The notes under the pieces are model-generated. The model had not been told where the DNA came from. It did not search any database and was given only the letters and a program-made list of their open reading frames with translations. Below, one piece after another: positions 56,024 to 64,000 of a stretch of 64,000 bases of DNA. The position numbers were made by a program, and so were the translations under genes. The stretch covers positions 4,861 through 68,860 of IMG/VR virus record IMGVR_UViG_2599185271_000005, one strand, 5' to 3'. Numbering within the stretch: position 1 is the first letter of the stretch; the number at the start of each line of letters is the position of its first letter. The stretch comes from a virus. Taxonomy: Duplodnaviria; Caudoviricetes.

Positions 56024-56233
56024 TTACTGAGTGTCGTGGAGAACGGCCGCGATCCGACGATAGATGCATGCGGCCTCGTCGCTCGATCCGTAGTATTGTC
56101 GAGCAAGCGCGCCGTAGAGAGCTGCTGTTCGTCGGATGCGGGGAGCGTCAGCGGCAAGCACAGCTTGGTCGAACTCAATCTGCGCCAAATCAAGCTGTGC
56201 GAGCGGGCTCAGTTTGGACAGTGCAGGCTCCAT
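56024..56233 (-). CDS. Hypothetical protein
   Basis: GGGAG RBS. Confidence 0.55.
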   Translation of the reverse strand: MEPALSKLSPLAQLDLAQIEFDQAVLAADAPRIRRTAALYGALARQYYGSSDEAACIYRRIAAVLHDTQ

Positions 56234-56254
56234 CGGCCGGTGCTCCCTTTCCGG

Positions 56255-56542
56255 TTATCCGCGACGGGTGGTGTTCGCCATCAAAGCGAACCACCGCGCG
56301 AGGTCTTTAGCTCCCGGCAAATCGGAGCACTCGATTACGACAAGATCGTGCTCGCCAAGGTGCACGACGCATCGCGGCATGGCGTCAATCTTGAACTCGT
56401 TGGATCGATCCAGAGGCACGACACGGGTGATCCGTGCAGGGTCGATCCACGACCCATCGGGCATCTCAATCAAGCCGCCGGAGTAGGCTTGCGGATCGGC
56501 AGGATTGCGCGACCAGTCGGTGATTTTCATGTCCTCCAGCAC
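56255..56542 (-). CDS. Hypothetical protein
   Basis: GACATAGGAGGC motif/RBS upstream. Confidence 0.65.
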   Translation of the reverse strand: MLEDMKITDWSRNPADPQAYSGGLIEMPDGSWIDPARITRVVPLDRSNEFKIDAMPRCVVHLGEHDLVVIECSDLPGAKDLARWFALMANTTRRG

Positions 56543-56561
56543 GGCGGCCTCCTATGTCCGA

Positions 56562-57122
56562 TTAAGCCGCCTGACGCTCACAGAGCGACCGCGCCCAGCT
56601 ACCTTGCCAGTCACAGCGACGACCGTAGCGGCGGTGCAGCAGTTTCATTTGCTCCAAATTATCGGCGCAAATGTCATCCCAGATATCGTGCCATACAGCG
56701 TCGTATCGGATGCCAACGGGCGGTCTCCAAGAAAGAGCATCTGCCTCGACTACAGTAAGGCGGGCGTCCGATATGTGCGGCGCCACCAGAGCAATCACAT
56801 CGGGTGACTTTTCAATTACCGTGACCTCTGTGACGATAGGCTTTTCCAGAACTTTCGTTGTGCAGTACCCCAGTCCAAGCCCGTTAATCAGGACGCGGCC
56901 TGACGCTTGGTGGATAAAGAAGCCGTGGTCGCGAATTTCTGCCGGAACGTCCGACATGATTACCCGCCCACGGCGTTTGAGAGCAGTGTACCGACCCGGC
57001 CGTATTGTGCGAGATCCAGGACTGAACGCTGCTCTAAGATTGTGAAATCTGGCGCCATCCTCGGTCACTTCAAAGTGCTCGATGGACCAGTCCCCAGATG
57101 CACCTTCGGGAATGTTCATCAT
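56562..57122 (-). CDS. Spermidine-synthase-like class I SAM-dependent transferase
   Basis: MSDVPAE, GRVLINGLGLG, VTVIEKSPDVI, YDAVWHDIW. Confidence 0.85.
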   Translation of the reverse strand: MMNIPEGASGDWSIEHFEVTEDGARFHNLRAAFSPGSRTIRPGRYTALKRRGRVIMSDVPAEIRDHGFFIHQASGRVLINGLGLGYCTTKVLEKPIVTEVTVIEKSPDVIALVAPHISDARLTVVEADALSWRPPVGIRYDAVWHDIWDDICADNLEQMKLLHRRYGRRCDWQGSWARSLCERQAA

Positions 57123-57195
57123 GGTCGGCCTCCGTTGTCTTGAATCAGTCAGTTTCGTCTGGGGTGATGGCTGTGATCTTCTCGGCCATCGGTTG

Positions 57196-57432
57196 TCAGG
57201 CTGCCGCGATCACGCGGCGTCCTAGCTCGGTCGGCACCCAAGTCGTGCGCATGGTGTTCGCGGGCTGGTCTTCGCTCTCCGCTATCAGCCCGCGTTCCAA
57301 CAGCGCGCGCAGGGTTGAGTTGCCGTTTGATCTTGTCAGACCATCGGGGTCGGCCGCACGGCGCAGATGATCGACCATGCGATGGCTAAGGCGTTTAGCG
57401 ATGCGCGCTGCGTCATCTTTCGGTTCGTGCAT
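57196..57432 (-). CDS. Hypothetical protein
   Basis: Repeat-A RBS directly upstream. Confidence 0.65.
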   Translation of the reverse strand: MHEPKDDAARIAKRLSHRMVDHLRRAADPDGLTRSNGNSTLRALLERGLIAESEDQPANTMRTTWVPTELGRRVIAAA

Positions 57433-57453
57433 CCCTGCCTCCGTTGTTCTGAA

Positions 57454-57759
57454 TCATTGTCCACAGGTCGGGCAGTCACCTTGCGAGGCGGCGCACCCGG
57501 AAAACACGCCCGGCTCAATCTCGATGCCGGGACACGGCGGGCCGCCATGAGCGGGGCAGGCAAGGCCCGGCACGTACCCGTCGTACTTGAAGTCACTACG
57601 GAACATCCTTCCGGTGTACCCATCCCTGAACATCGGGACTTCAGGGCGCTCACCAAAGGCGGGCTTATCGCAGAAGCACTCCATCCCAAACTGCCACATC
57701 GGCACCGAGCATTTGCCAACGCCGTCTGTCAGTTCGTAGTGGTGTTTTGAGCCACGCAC
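57454..57759 (-). CDS. Cys-rich hypothetical protein
   Basis: GKCSVPMW..CFCD.PAFGE..YVPGLACPAHGGP..CPTC. Confidence 0.75.
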   Translation of the reverse strand: MRGSKHHYELTDGVGKCSVPMWQFGMECFCDKPAFGERPEVPMFRDGYTGRMFRSDFKYDGYVPGLACPAHGGPPCPGIEIEPGVFSGCAASQGDCPTCGQ

Positions 57760-57783
57760 GGTCCTGCCTCCGTTGTTCGTCGG

Positions 57784-57942
57784 TTATCGCTCGCCGCCCA
57801 GGCGTTGAGTGGCGATGCGTTCAATTTCCTTCACGGCCTCGCGGATCATGGCGCACCGTCGGAGCGTGTTGTCCGCCCAATCACGATCGCTCATGGTTTC
57901 TGCCAACCCGGCGATCAGTTTGGCCTGTGCGTCGATGCTCAT
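57784..57942 (-). CDS. Small hypothetical protein
   Basis: MSIDAQAKL..., repeat-A RBS. Confidence 0.6.
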   Translation of the reverse strand: MSIDAQAKLIAGLAETMSDRDWADNTLRRCAMIREAVKEIERIATQRLGGER

Positions 57943-57968
57943 GGCCCCTGCCTCCGTTGTTTTGAATC

Positions 57969-58190
57969 TCAAACCAGTTCTTCGCCGGTGACCTCGCACC
58001 ACCGGCGACGGGCACGCGCCCAGGCCCCGACGAACTGCTGGACCGTGTGGGTTTGGGGCTCGCCGTAGAACCCTGCGGTCGCAGCGTCCATCTTGTCCGC
58101 AAGATCGCGAAGTTCGTCCGCCTCTGGCCCCTGAAAAGCTCGCATCCGATCCGGTAAGGACGGCGCTGTGTCGCTGACTGGTCCTGGCAT
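57969..58190 (-). CDS. Hypothetical protein
   Basis: GGAGG RBS in the repeat motif. Confidence 0.65.
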   Translation of the reverse strand: MPGPVSDTAPSLPDRMRAFQGPEADELRDLADKMDAATAGFYGEPQTHTVQQFVGAWARARRRWCEVTGEELV

Positions 58191-58200
58191 GTCCTGCCTC

Positions 58201-58530
58201 CTATGTCTGACTCTCGGCTTTGCCGCGCTCGTAAGCGGCTTCCGCTACATCCATGACGGCTCCGATCGCCACTGCCAAATGCGCCGGTACCTTCGGCTTG
58301 CCCGCTGTAATCCCGACCAGATAATCCAGCGACACCCCGAGGGCCGTGGCAATTGAAAGAGCGGTCGAGAGTGTGGGGTTGACCGCGCGCCCTTGCTCTA
58401 GCTCCCATACATGCGTCTTGGAGCATCCAGCACGGCGGGCCACTTCATCCAGGCTTAGGCGATGCTGCTTTCGCAAGTCGCGAATGCGCAGCGCCATGCC
58501 TGATGTATCGACAGTGTTGATGCCGGCCAT
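58201..58530 (-). CDS. XRE-family HTH regulator
   Basis: RIRDLRKQHRLSLDEVARRAGCSKTHVWELEQGRAVNPT..IATALGVSLDYL. Confidence 0.92.
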   Translation of the reverse strand: MAGINTVDTSGMALRIRDLRKQHRLSLDEVARRAGCSKTHVWELEQGRAVNPTLSTALSIATALGVSLDYLVGITAGKPKVPAHLAVAIGAVMDVAEAAYERGKAESQT

Positions 58531-58552
58531 GCCCTGCCTCCGTTGTTCTGAA

Positions 58553-58732
58553 TCAGTCGGCGCTAACGCTTTCGACAATCGGCCGCATCTGCTCAACGAT
58601 CTCGGGGAGAGCGCTGCGCAGAGCCAGGACGTGGATGTCGTCTCCCACGCTTGCGCCGTTGATCAGCATCGTTGTCACGTTCTCCAGCCGGTCGAACGCC
58701 AACCCGAGTTGCTCCAGTTCCTCGTCAGTCAT
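58553..58732 (-). CDS. Hypothetical protein (59 aa)
   Basis: MTDEELEQLGLAFDRLENV...; stop lies inside a repeat-A copy. Confidence 0.6.
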   Translation of the reverse strand: MTDEELEQLGLAFDRLENVTTMLINGASVGDDIHVLALRSALPEIVEQMRPIVESVSAD

Positions 58733-58750
58733 GTCCGTGCCCCTATGTCC

Positions 58751-58939
58751 TTAAGCGGCTACCACCGCGCTTTCCCATTCGCCGCACCAGTCTGAATCCT
58801 GGGTCATCGGCCACATAGCCAGACCGGTGCGATCATCAACGGCAGGAGGCCGCCGTCTGCACGTCGCCGTGGTGTCAGGCTCGGCGTGCGCGCTTTCCGT
58901 CGAGGTGTCCCAGAAGCGGCAGGTTTCGCAGCGTTTCAT
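58751..58939 (-). CDS. Cys-rich small phage protein
   Basis: CETCRFW..CRRRPP..WP.T..DWCGEW. Confidence 0.8.
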   Translation of the reverse strand: MKRCETCRFWDTSTESAHAEPDTTATCRRRPPAVDDRTGLAMWPMTQDSDWCGEWESAVVAA

Positions 58940-59008
58940 TGCTCGGTGCTCCGTTGTTTGTGGTCTGGCACTTACCGTCGCCCGACCTTGGCCGGGCGCT
59001 AGTAAGGG

Positions 59009-59203
59009 TCAAACCTGAGCTTCCGCTTTAAACCAGGTGCGCCCCGTCATGGCCCCCGCGCCGATGTGGCCGTCGCGCTCCGCCTTCCGCCGCGCAGACT
59101 TGATCGCATCGCGCTTGCTCTCGGCATCAATCTCGTAGGGTATGCCGTTAATTTCGTCCCACGCGGGGTGCTCGAAGCGAAGAGTCACGATGTAGGTGGT
59201 CAT
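59009..59203 (-). CDS. Hypothetical protein
   Basis: GGAG RBS, 64 aa. Confidence 0.65.
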   Translation of the reverse strand: MTTYIVTLRFEHPAWDEINGIPYEIDAESKRDAIKSARRKAERDGHIGAGAMTGRTWFKAEAQV

Positions 59204-59269
59204 GGCTTGTCTCCCGGTGCGTTGATAGGTATACTATGTACATTAAATCCCACTCCGTCAAGGAATAAA

Positions 59270-59446
59270 ATGTACATGAAAAAGCGCGGTCGCCCGAAAA
59301 AGGACGGGGTCATGATCCACAGGAAGATCGCGGCCGACGTGATCGAGGGGGCCGAGGAGGTCCGCGCGGAGGGCGAGACTCTTACCGACCAGATCGAAGA
59401 TGGTCTCCGGCGCCACATCGCCGCCCGCCGTCGAGCGAAGAAATGA
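59270..59446 (+). CDS. Ribbon-helix-helix-like small DNA-binding protein
   Basis: KKRGRPKK..IHRKIAADV..LTDQIEDGLRRHI. Confidence 0.65.
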   Translation: MYMKKRGRPKKDGVMIHRKIAADVIEGAEEVRAEGETLTDQIEDGLRRHIAARRRAKK

Positions 59447-59458
59447 TGGACAAAGCGC

Positions 59459-60319
59459 ATGGACAGCACGAATTACGTATACGTCATAGGGCACGAGGAC
59501 TTGCCGGTTAAAGTTGGCATGTCGAAGAACCCGCAGCGCCGGTGTGACGCTTTTCGCGCTCACTGGCCCTATCCTCTTCGTGTCCTCCATGCTGCGCCGA
59601 TGGACGATGCAAAATCGGTCGAAGCAGGCGCCCACTTTCTCCTCCATGAGCACCGACAACACGGAGAGTGGTTCAACGTCTCTGCTGAGCGGGCGATTTC
59701 TGCCATTCACGAGGCCGCCGAGCGCATAGCAAGTGGGTGGAAGCCGCCGTTTCGCATAGACCCAAAGCGAATACAGGCGCTCAAAGAAGCCTATGCTGCT
59801 GCCAAACTCTCGGGCGCTTCCATTGGTCGGCCAGATCGCATACCCCCGGCGCTGCTGGAGTTTGCGCGGGCTGATTGGCTGAACTCGGGAATGACGAACG
59901 AGGAAATCGCCAGTGCTTACGGCGTGACCCCGATGACCATGTGGCGCAAGTTTGGTGGGAGGAAAAAGGCCCAAGGAAGACCACCGCCGGATCGGAAGCC
60001 GCGCAAGAAAATGGGGGCTCCGGGTATTCCCGGTCGCCGTCCGTCGATCACGCCCGAACAGTGGGAATGGATCGGTGAGCAGCTTCGGAACAGCGTGCCG
60101 GTGACGGTCATCATGCGTGACCCGAAGCTGGCCGCGCTGGGCTGGGAGATTAAGCCGGTGCCGCACCGCGCCTCGGTCTACGAGTACCGGGCGCTGATGC
60201 AGGCGGGTGCCCCGTACCCCGCCGAGTGGGAGAAGTACGTTGAGCGTCACCGGGATTCCTCCGAGGTGTCGGACGTTTCTCCCGGCTCCCCGCCGAACTT
60301 GAGGCCTAAGCACGAGTAG
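59459..60319 (+). CDS. GIY-YIG (T5orf172/Mug113-like) domain protein with C-terminal HTH
   Basis: YVYVIG..VKVGMSKNP.RR, VEAGAH..L..HGEWF; GRP..MTNEEIASAYGVTPMTMWR. Confidence 0.8.
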   Translation: MDSTNYVYVIGHEDLPVKVGMSKNPQRRCDAFRAHWPYPLRVLHAAPMDDAKSVEAGAHFLLHEHRQHGEWFNVSAERAISAIHEAAERIASGWKPPFRIDPKRIQALKEAYAAAKLSGASIGRPDRIPPALLEFARADWLNSGMTNEEIASAYGVTPMTMWRKFGGRKKAQGRPPPDRKPRKKMGAPGIPGRRPSITPEQWEWIGEQLRNSVPVTVIMRDPKLAALGWEIKPVPHRASVYEYRALMQAGAPYPAEWEKYVERHRDSSEVSDVSPGSPPNLRPKHE

Positions 60320-60618
60320 GCATCCTCCGGGGCGTACATGCCTTCGCCGTGCAGGCTGTCAATGCAGCTCTCCAGCGCATCCCGCAGCCGGTCGTTATCG
60401 GCGGCCTCGTCCCGGTAGCGTCCTTCCCAATACCGGTGATCGGCCGGGTTGGCGGTCAGGCGCTTGATATTTTCGGTTAGCCGTTCGATCTCGTCGGCGG
60501 CAGTCCGGTGGCACTCCGTGATGTCGCTGAGCCAGCGCTCCATGACCTCTGGCGTGCGCTGGGTCGGCGCTGGCAGGCTCTTGTCCAGGTGACGGAGGTC
60601 GCGCGCTATATCGGTCAC
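60247..60618 (-). CDS. Hypothetical protein (N-terminus shared with 62539..62976)
   Basis: MTDIARDLRHLDKSLP..AADEIERL. Confidence 0.7.
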   Translation of the reverse strand: MTDIARDLRHLDKSLPAPTQRTPEVMERWLSDITECHRTAADEIERLTENIKRLTANPADHRYWEGRYRDEAADNDRLRDALESCIDSLHGEGMYAPEDAYSCLGLKFGGEPGETSDTSEESR

Positions 60619-60941
60619 TGCTCACCCCCTTCGTTCATCTGACGAGAGGTTGGGCTTACGGTCTCGCCATCGCCGATCATGATTCCAATGAAGATCCGGT
60701 CGCTGATCTGGAAGCCGATAGCCCGACGCACCCGGCGAGCTAGGTACTCGGTAAACTCGCGCCGGTAGGCTCGGTCGATCCGCCACCACAGGAAGCCGAA
60801 CAGCGGGGCGCGCCGGGAGCGGTTCGGGAAGCTCCAGCCTGATATCGGATCACCGTCGCGTTCCTCATCCAAAGCCAACAGGCGGTCGATCTCTTCCTGG
60901 TTCAAAGGCGGGCGACTGTCTCGCCAATCAGCCATTTCCAC
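60615..60941 (-). CDS. Hypothetical protein
   Basis: Coupled ORF ending RQMNEGGEQ (repeat B). Confidence 0.6.
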   Translation of the reverse strand: MEMADWRDSRPPLNQEEIDRLLALDEERDGDPISGWSFPNRSRRAPLFGFLWWRIDRAYRREFTEYLARRVRRAIGFQISDRIFIGIMIGDGETVSPTSRQMNEGGEQ

Positions 60942-61320
60942 CTCCTTCGTTCATCTGACGAGCCGGATACCGCCCCTTGCGCCACGCCAGGAGCAGCAGG
61001 CGGCGCCGCACCTCGGCCGGACCGGTCCAGTAGAAGAGGCCGGACAGCGAGCGCAGGGTGTCGCTGTGCTGGCGGCAGTAGACCGGGCAGACGTGCGAGT
61101 GCTTCGTCGCGATCCGGGTCATGCCGCGCAGGCTGATCTTACGCAGCCCGCTGAAAACCTTTTTGACTGCCGGGCATCCCCACTTGTCCTGGGCGATGGC
61201 GTCGGCCGCCTCATATCCGAACTGCTGGCGGTAGTGGTCGAAGTTGACCAGGGCCGCTTGCAGGCCGACGGGCAGGTCATCAATCGGGAACTCATCCCGC
61301 ATCGTGGGGAGCATCGTCAT
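60928..61320 (-). CDS. Hypothetical protein
   Basis: GGAGG RBS; ends RQMNEGGGNG (repeat B). Confidence 0.65.
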   Translation of the reverse strand: MTMLPTMRDEFPIDDLPVGLQAALVNFDHYRQQFGYEAADAIAQDKWGCPAVKKVFSGLRKISLRGMTRIATKHSHVCPVYCRQHSDTLRSLSGLFYWTGPAEVRRRLLLLAWRKGRYPARQMNEGGGNG

Positions 61321-61694
61321 TCCTCCTTTTCGGACAGCCGACGACCGGGCTGCTTGCGGTCTAGGCAGTTCACGAGATTGTCGCCGTAGTCGGCTCCGCA
61401 AGCGGGGCATGGCCATTCAATTCTGACCTCGCGCACCAACCCGGCGTTGTACGGACATTGATGTTCGGGGCCACGCAACTCAGCCGCCCGGAGCATTAGC
61501 TTCCAGTTCTCTTCGGCCGTCCGGCCGGTAGCGTTGAGCGCCATGATCGGGGTCGGCACCTTCATCTCGTCAAAGACCTCGCGCGCCAAGTCCATGGCAG
61601 CGTTCTTTCGGCCGGGCGTGAGCGCGTCCCACGCCTTCGGGTCGCCGGTCAGTTTCGTGTGGATACGACGCGCTACGCGCTCAACCATTTCCAT
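61317..61694 (-). CDS. Hypothetical protein with C-terminal zinc ribbon
   Basis: MVERVARRI..., CPY..CPACG..C. Confidence 0.7.
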   Translation of the reverse strand: MEMVERVARRIHTKLTGDPKAWDALTPGRKNAAMDLAREVFDEMKVPTPIMALNATGRTAEENWKLMLRAAELRGPEHQCPYNAGLVREVRIEWPCPACGADYGDNLVNCLDRKQPGRRLSEKEE

Positions 61695-61727
61695 CGGAAC
61701 CTCCGTCGTTCATCTGACGACCGGACA

Positions 61728-62033
61728 TCACGAGCCGACCAGAGAGCCGTCAGGCTCCCAGGTGAACTCGCTCAGCGGCCGGTGCATCTGACAGCCGCAG
61801 CAGTAGGTGCCGGTGTAGAACTGCGGATCTCGCGCATAGGTCTCGGCAATCGCCATGCCCATGGTGGTGACCGTCCCACAGATCGTGTGCTTGTAGGATC
61901 GGCGCACGGGCCGGATGAAGCCCTTGGCACGTTCCTCCTCGCTTAGCACGAGATAGGTTTCGGCCTGCTTCCGTGGCGCGTCATCGTCGCGGCGCACCAG
62001 ATCCGGATGGTTCGGGTCGGTCGTGTAGCTCAT
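61728..62033 (-). CDS. Conserved phage zinc-binding protein
   Basis: YLVLSEEERAKGFIRPVRRSY.H..CG..T.M..AIAETYARDP.FY..TYC..C..H.P..EF.W. Confidence 0.85.
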   Translation of the reverse strand: MSYTTDPNHPDLVRRDDDAPRKQAETYLVLSEEERAKGFIRPVRRSYKHTICGTVTTMGMAIAETYARDPQFYTGTYCCGCQMHRPLSEFTWEPDGSLVGS

Positions 62034-62281
62034 GTCGGCAGCCCTCCATGCTTGCGAGCAAGTGCGGCGGCCTCGCGGTTGTCTACCAGGCGAAGATGCA
62101 AACCGTCGTCTAGCTCCTGGATGGTGATGTTCAGGCCACCCGGCCGGATGGCCATCGCCTCGATGTCGGCTGCGGTGATCACGACGTGCTCTGCGCCGAA
62201 CTTGACCATCAGCAGTCCGGCCAGCTTGTGCCAGTGATCACTGATCTTCTGCGTGACCGGATGGTTCGGATTCATCTCCAT
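62030..62281 (-). CDS. Hypothetical protein
   Basis: NPNHPVT....DHWHKL; GGAG RBS. Confidence 0.75.
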   Translation of the reverse strand: MEMNPNHPVTQKISDHWHKLAGLLMVKFGAEHVVITAADIEAMAIRPGGLNITIQELDDGLHLRLVDNREAAALARKHGGLPT

Positions 62282-62282
62282 G

Positions 62283-62549
62283 TCAGATCTCCTGTTGAGG
62301 GTTCGACTGGGGTCCGGGCTTTGCTGACGCGTCCCGTTCCTTCTGCCGGCGCAGCTCGCGCTCAATGTCGGCATGGTCGAAATGAGGGTGTTCGATCATC
62401 TCGACGTAGACCCAGCCGCGCCCCTTGCAGAGGCTGCAGTAGTAGAGGTCGTCGATAGGGTCGCTGTCGCCGTAGCAGTCCGGGCACGTGTCGGTGGCGG
62501 AGCTGAAGTCGTCCGGATCCTCGAATTCGAACTCAACGTCAGCACTCAT
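62283..62549 (-). CDS. Zinc-finger protein (DnaJ-type CxxCxG repeats)
   Basis: CPDCYG...CSLCKGRG. Confidence 0.7.
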   Translation of the reverse strand: MSADVEFEFEDPDDFSSATDTCPDCYGDSDPIDDLYYCSLCKGRGWVYVEMIEHPHFDHADIERELRRQKERDASAKPGPQSNPQQEI

Positions 62550-62976
62550 TGCCGCCCCCTTTTGCTGGTGCCTCGTCGGCATCGCTAAGATCGACGGTGA
62601 AGCGGTAACCAACATCACCGTCGACATTGGAGAGCCCGTTCTCCTTCGCCCATGCCTCAAAGAAAGCATTGTCGGGCCAGGGAATGGGCGTCGTACCGCC
62701 GGCGTTCCACCATTTGCGAAGATCGATGGACACACGGCCATCGAACCCGTCGGCCTGGAAGCCGAAGGCGGCGGCGATTTTCAAGGCAAGCCGCAGGCGC
62801 AGGATGTGAGTGCCTTGCTGTGCCGCTACGGTTCGCAGACGGTCAATCTCCTCAGCAGCGGCTTGGTGGCGCTCCGTGATGTCATCAAGCCAGCGCTCCA
62901 TGACCTCCGGCGTGCGCAGCGTCGGGGGCGGCAGGCTCTTGTCCAGGTGACGGAGGTCGCGGGCTATGTCGGTCAC
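62539..62976 (-). CDS. Hypothetical protein (N-terminus shared with 60247..60618)
   Basis: MTDIARDLRHLDKSLP..AAEEIDRL. Confidence 0.7.
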   Translation of the reverse strand: MTDIARDLRHLDKSLPPPTLRTPEVMERWLDDITERHQAAAEEIDRLRTVAAQQGTHILRLRLALKIAAAFGFQADGFDGRVSIDLRKWWNAGGTTPIPWPDNAFFEAWAKENGLSNVDGDVGYRFTVDLSDADEAPAKGGGNEC

Positions 62977-63520
62977 TGCTTACCTCCTTCACTCATCTGA
63001 CCGCAGCCGAAAACGGCGCTTGGGTGCATCTTGGGTGCAAATGGGAAATGTTCGCTTGGCGTTCTTGTCCGAGACGCTCGCAAGCGGAGGGGGAAAGCCG
63101 CAGAGTTCCGCGCTTTCTGGAACAGGCCAGTGCGTTGACATCGTAGGGGTGACATGCGCTCAACCTCAGCAGGCGAGCGGGATAAGTAATGTGGGTTTTG
63201 ACGGTAGCGGTCCTCCGCTACCAACTTCCCCTACCATTTCGATGCGTTACGAAACGTTGTGCCGCCTAAAGGGCGTACCGCGCTCGTTCGCTCGTGTGAC
63301 GGTGTCTTTGACGCTGCGTGTTCCGTGCCCGACGCGGCGTTCCAAACCGCTGTCGGAGCGCATTGCTTTGCCGCCGAATGCGCTTGGGGGCGGGGGCCGC
63401 CAGTCGGTGGTCCATTTCCGTCGCCGACCGCCGGTGCGAGACGCGCAGCAGGTATCGGGTGCGAGAACAATCCTGTAACAGTTGCCGTCAGTCGGCGCAC
63501 AGTCGCCAAGTGATCGCCAT

Positions 63521-64000
63521 ATGGGACTCATGATCGACAGACCGAAGCAGCATGCCGGCCAACTCCAGTCGGCCGCGGATCTCGACGACGACGTTCTCCT
63601 GGCGCGTCTGTTCGAGATCCAGATGGATCTCCGCGAGCTCCTGCTCCGATACCAGATCAAACCCACGACGTTCGTCGGCATGGCACGCCAGGCGCGCAAG
63701 GCGATCTCCAGCACGGAAACCCGAGCGGATCTGCTTGAACTGCTGATCGAGCTTCAGGAATTCGGCGCGGCGGCGAAGGACCGGGGGGTGATCGGCGAAG
63801 CCGCGATGACGGATGCGGGGAAACATACCTCCGGCGCTTCCGCGGCGACCGCCAAGCGTCGGGGCACGCCGGAGAGCCCGGGCCAGGCCAGCACGCCCGC
63901 GGAACCGGAGCCGGAGCCGTCGCGACAGGACCGAGCCGACATCAATCAGAGCCTCTCGGACGAATTCTTCAAGGGCCTGGGCGACAGAGACACCGAATAG
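63521..64000 (+). CDS. Hypothetical protein
   Basis: GC3-rich ORF ending with TAG at the last base of the window. Confidence 0.6.
   Translation: MGLMIDRPKQHAGQLQSAADLDDDVLLARLFEIQMDLRELLLRYQIKPTTFVGMARQARKAISSTETRADLLELLIELQEFGAAAKDRGVIGEAAMTDAGKHTSGASAATAKRRGTPESPGQASTPAEPEPEPSRQDRADINQSLSDEFFKGLGDRDTE

Larger units (their letters stand above)
57129..58958 (-). repeat. Intergenic start-associated repeat family A, (TGATTCAG)AACAACGGAGGCAGG
   Basis: Copies at 57129, 57433, 57763, 57946, 58532, 58949; 57433-57456 and 58532-58555 are identical over 24 nt. Confidence 0.85.
60531..63001 (-). repeat. Repeat family B: ~110 bp duplicated segment (60531-60643 / 62889-63001) and shorter GTCAGATGAACGA-RBS copies (60944, 61700)
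   Basis: Direct comparison; CCTTCGTTCATCTGACGAG identical at 60628 and 60944. Confidence 0.85.
1..64000. mobile_element. Temperate-type tailed bacteriophage genome or prophage (siphovirus-like), incomplete or permuted at the window edges
   Basis: Immunity, replication, terminase, portal, capsid, tail, tape measure and lysis modules in lambdoid-like order; no host housekeeping genes seen. Confidence 0.97.

Noticed and set aside
55780-63001. Integron attC array or mini-CRISPR
   Set aside because: Repeats lack GTTRRRY/RYYYAAC boxes and long palindromes, they separate whole ORFs, and the tyrosine recombinase shows no integron-integrase features
62973-63714. Minus-strand ORFs 62973..63224 and 63247..63714, the latter weakly recalling an integrase C-terminus (ERRVGH)
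   Set aside because: No complete catalytic motif and poor coding signal; they overlap the att-like repeats and the plus-strand ORF, so neither a gene nor a pseudogene can be supported

Overview
The whole window reads as one GC-rich, temperate-type tailed (siphovirus-like) phage genome, cut mid-gene at the left edge and probably circularly permuted. The host is probably an alphaproteobacterium, judging from a GcrA-like domain, DUF1457-like PAS proteins and a near-consensus CtrA box. Gene order: leftward early genes (RecE-like nuclease, gp37/gp68); lambdoid immunity region (cI/cro/cII-like, TCACA-N3-TGTGA operators); rightward early genes (RuvC-like, multidomain GcrA-like fusion, MT-A70 methylase, AAA_25 helicase, iteron-like origin, NusG paralog); an inserted plasmid-like module (tyrosine recombinase, DUF3560-like, DUF932); late promoter with four tRNAs; terminase/portal/capsid; a four-gene glycan-modification cluster among the head-completion genes; tail genes (with a -1 frameshift); lysis genes; and a 55-63 kb array of small leftward genes bounded by repeated motifs. 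The strongest novelty candidate is a two-gene module present twice as diverged paralogs (4.2-5.6 kb and 54.0-55.3 kb). It pairs a GNAT/LuxI-fold-like enzyme with a PAS-like protein in a convergent, 3'-overlapping layout, and one copy sits between cI and the left operator. All family calls come from motif recognition by eye; no database searches were run.
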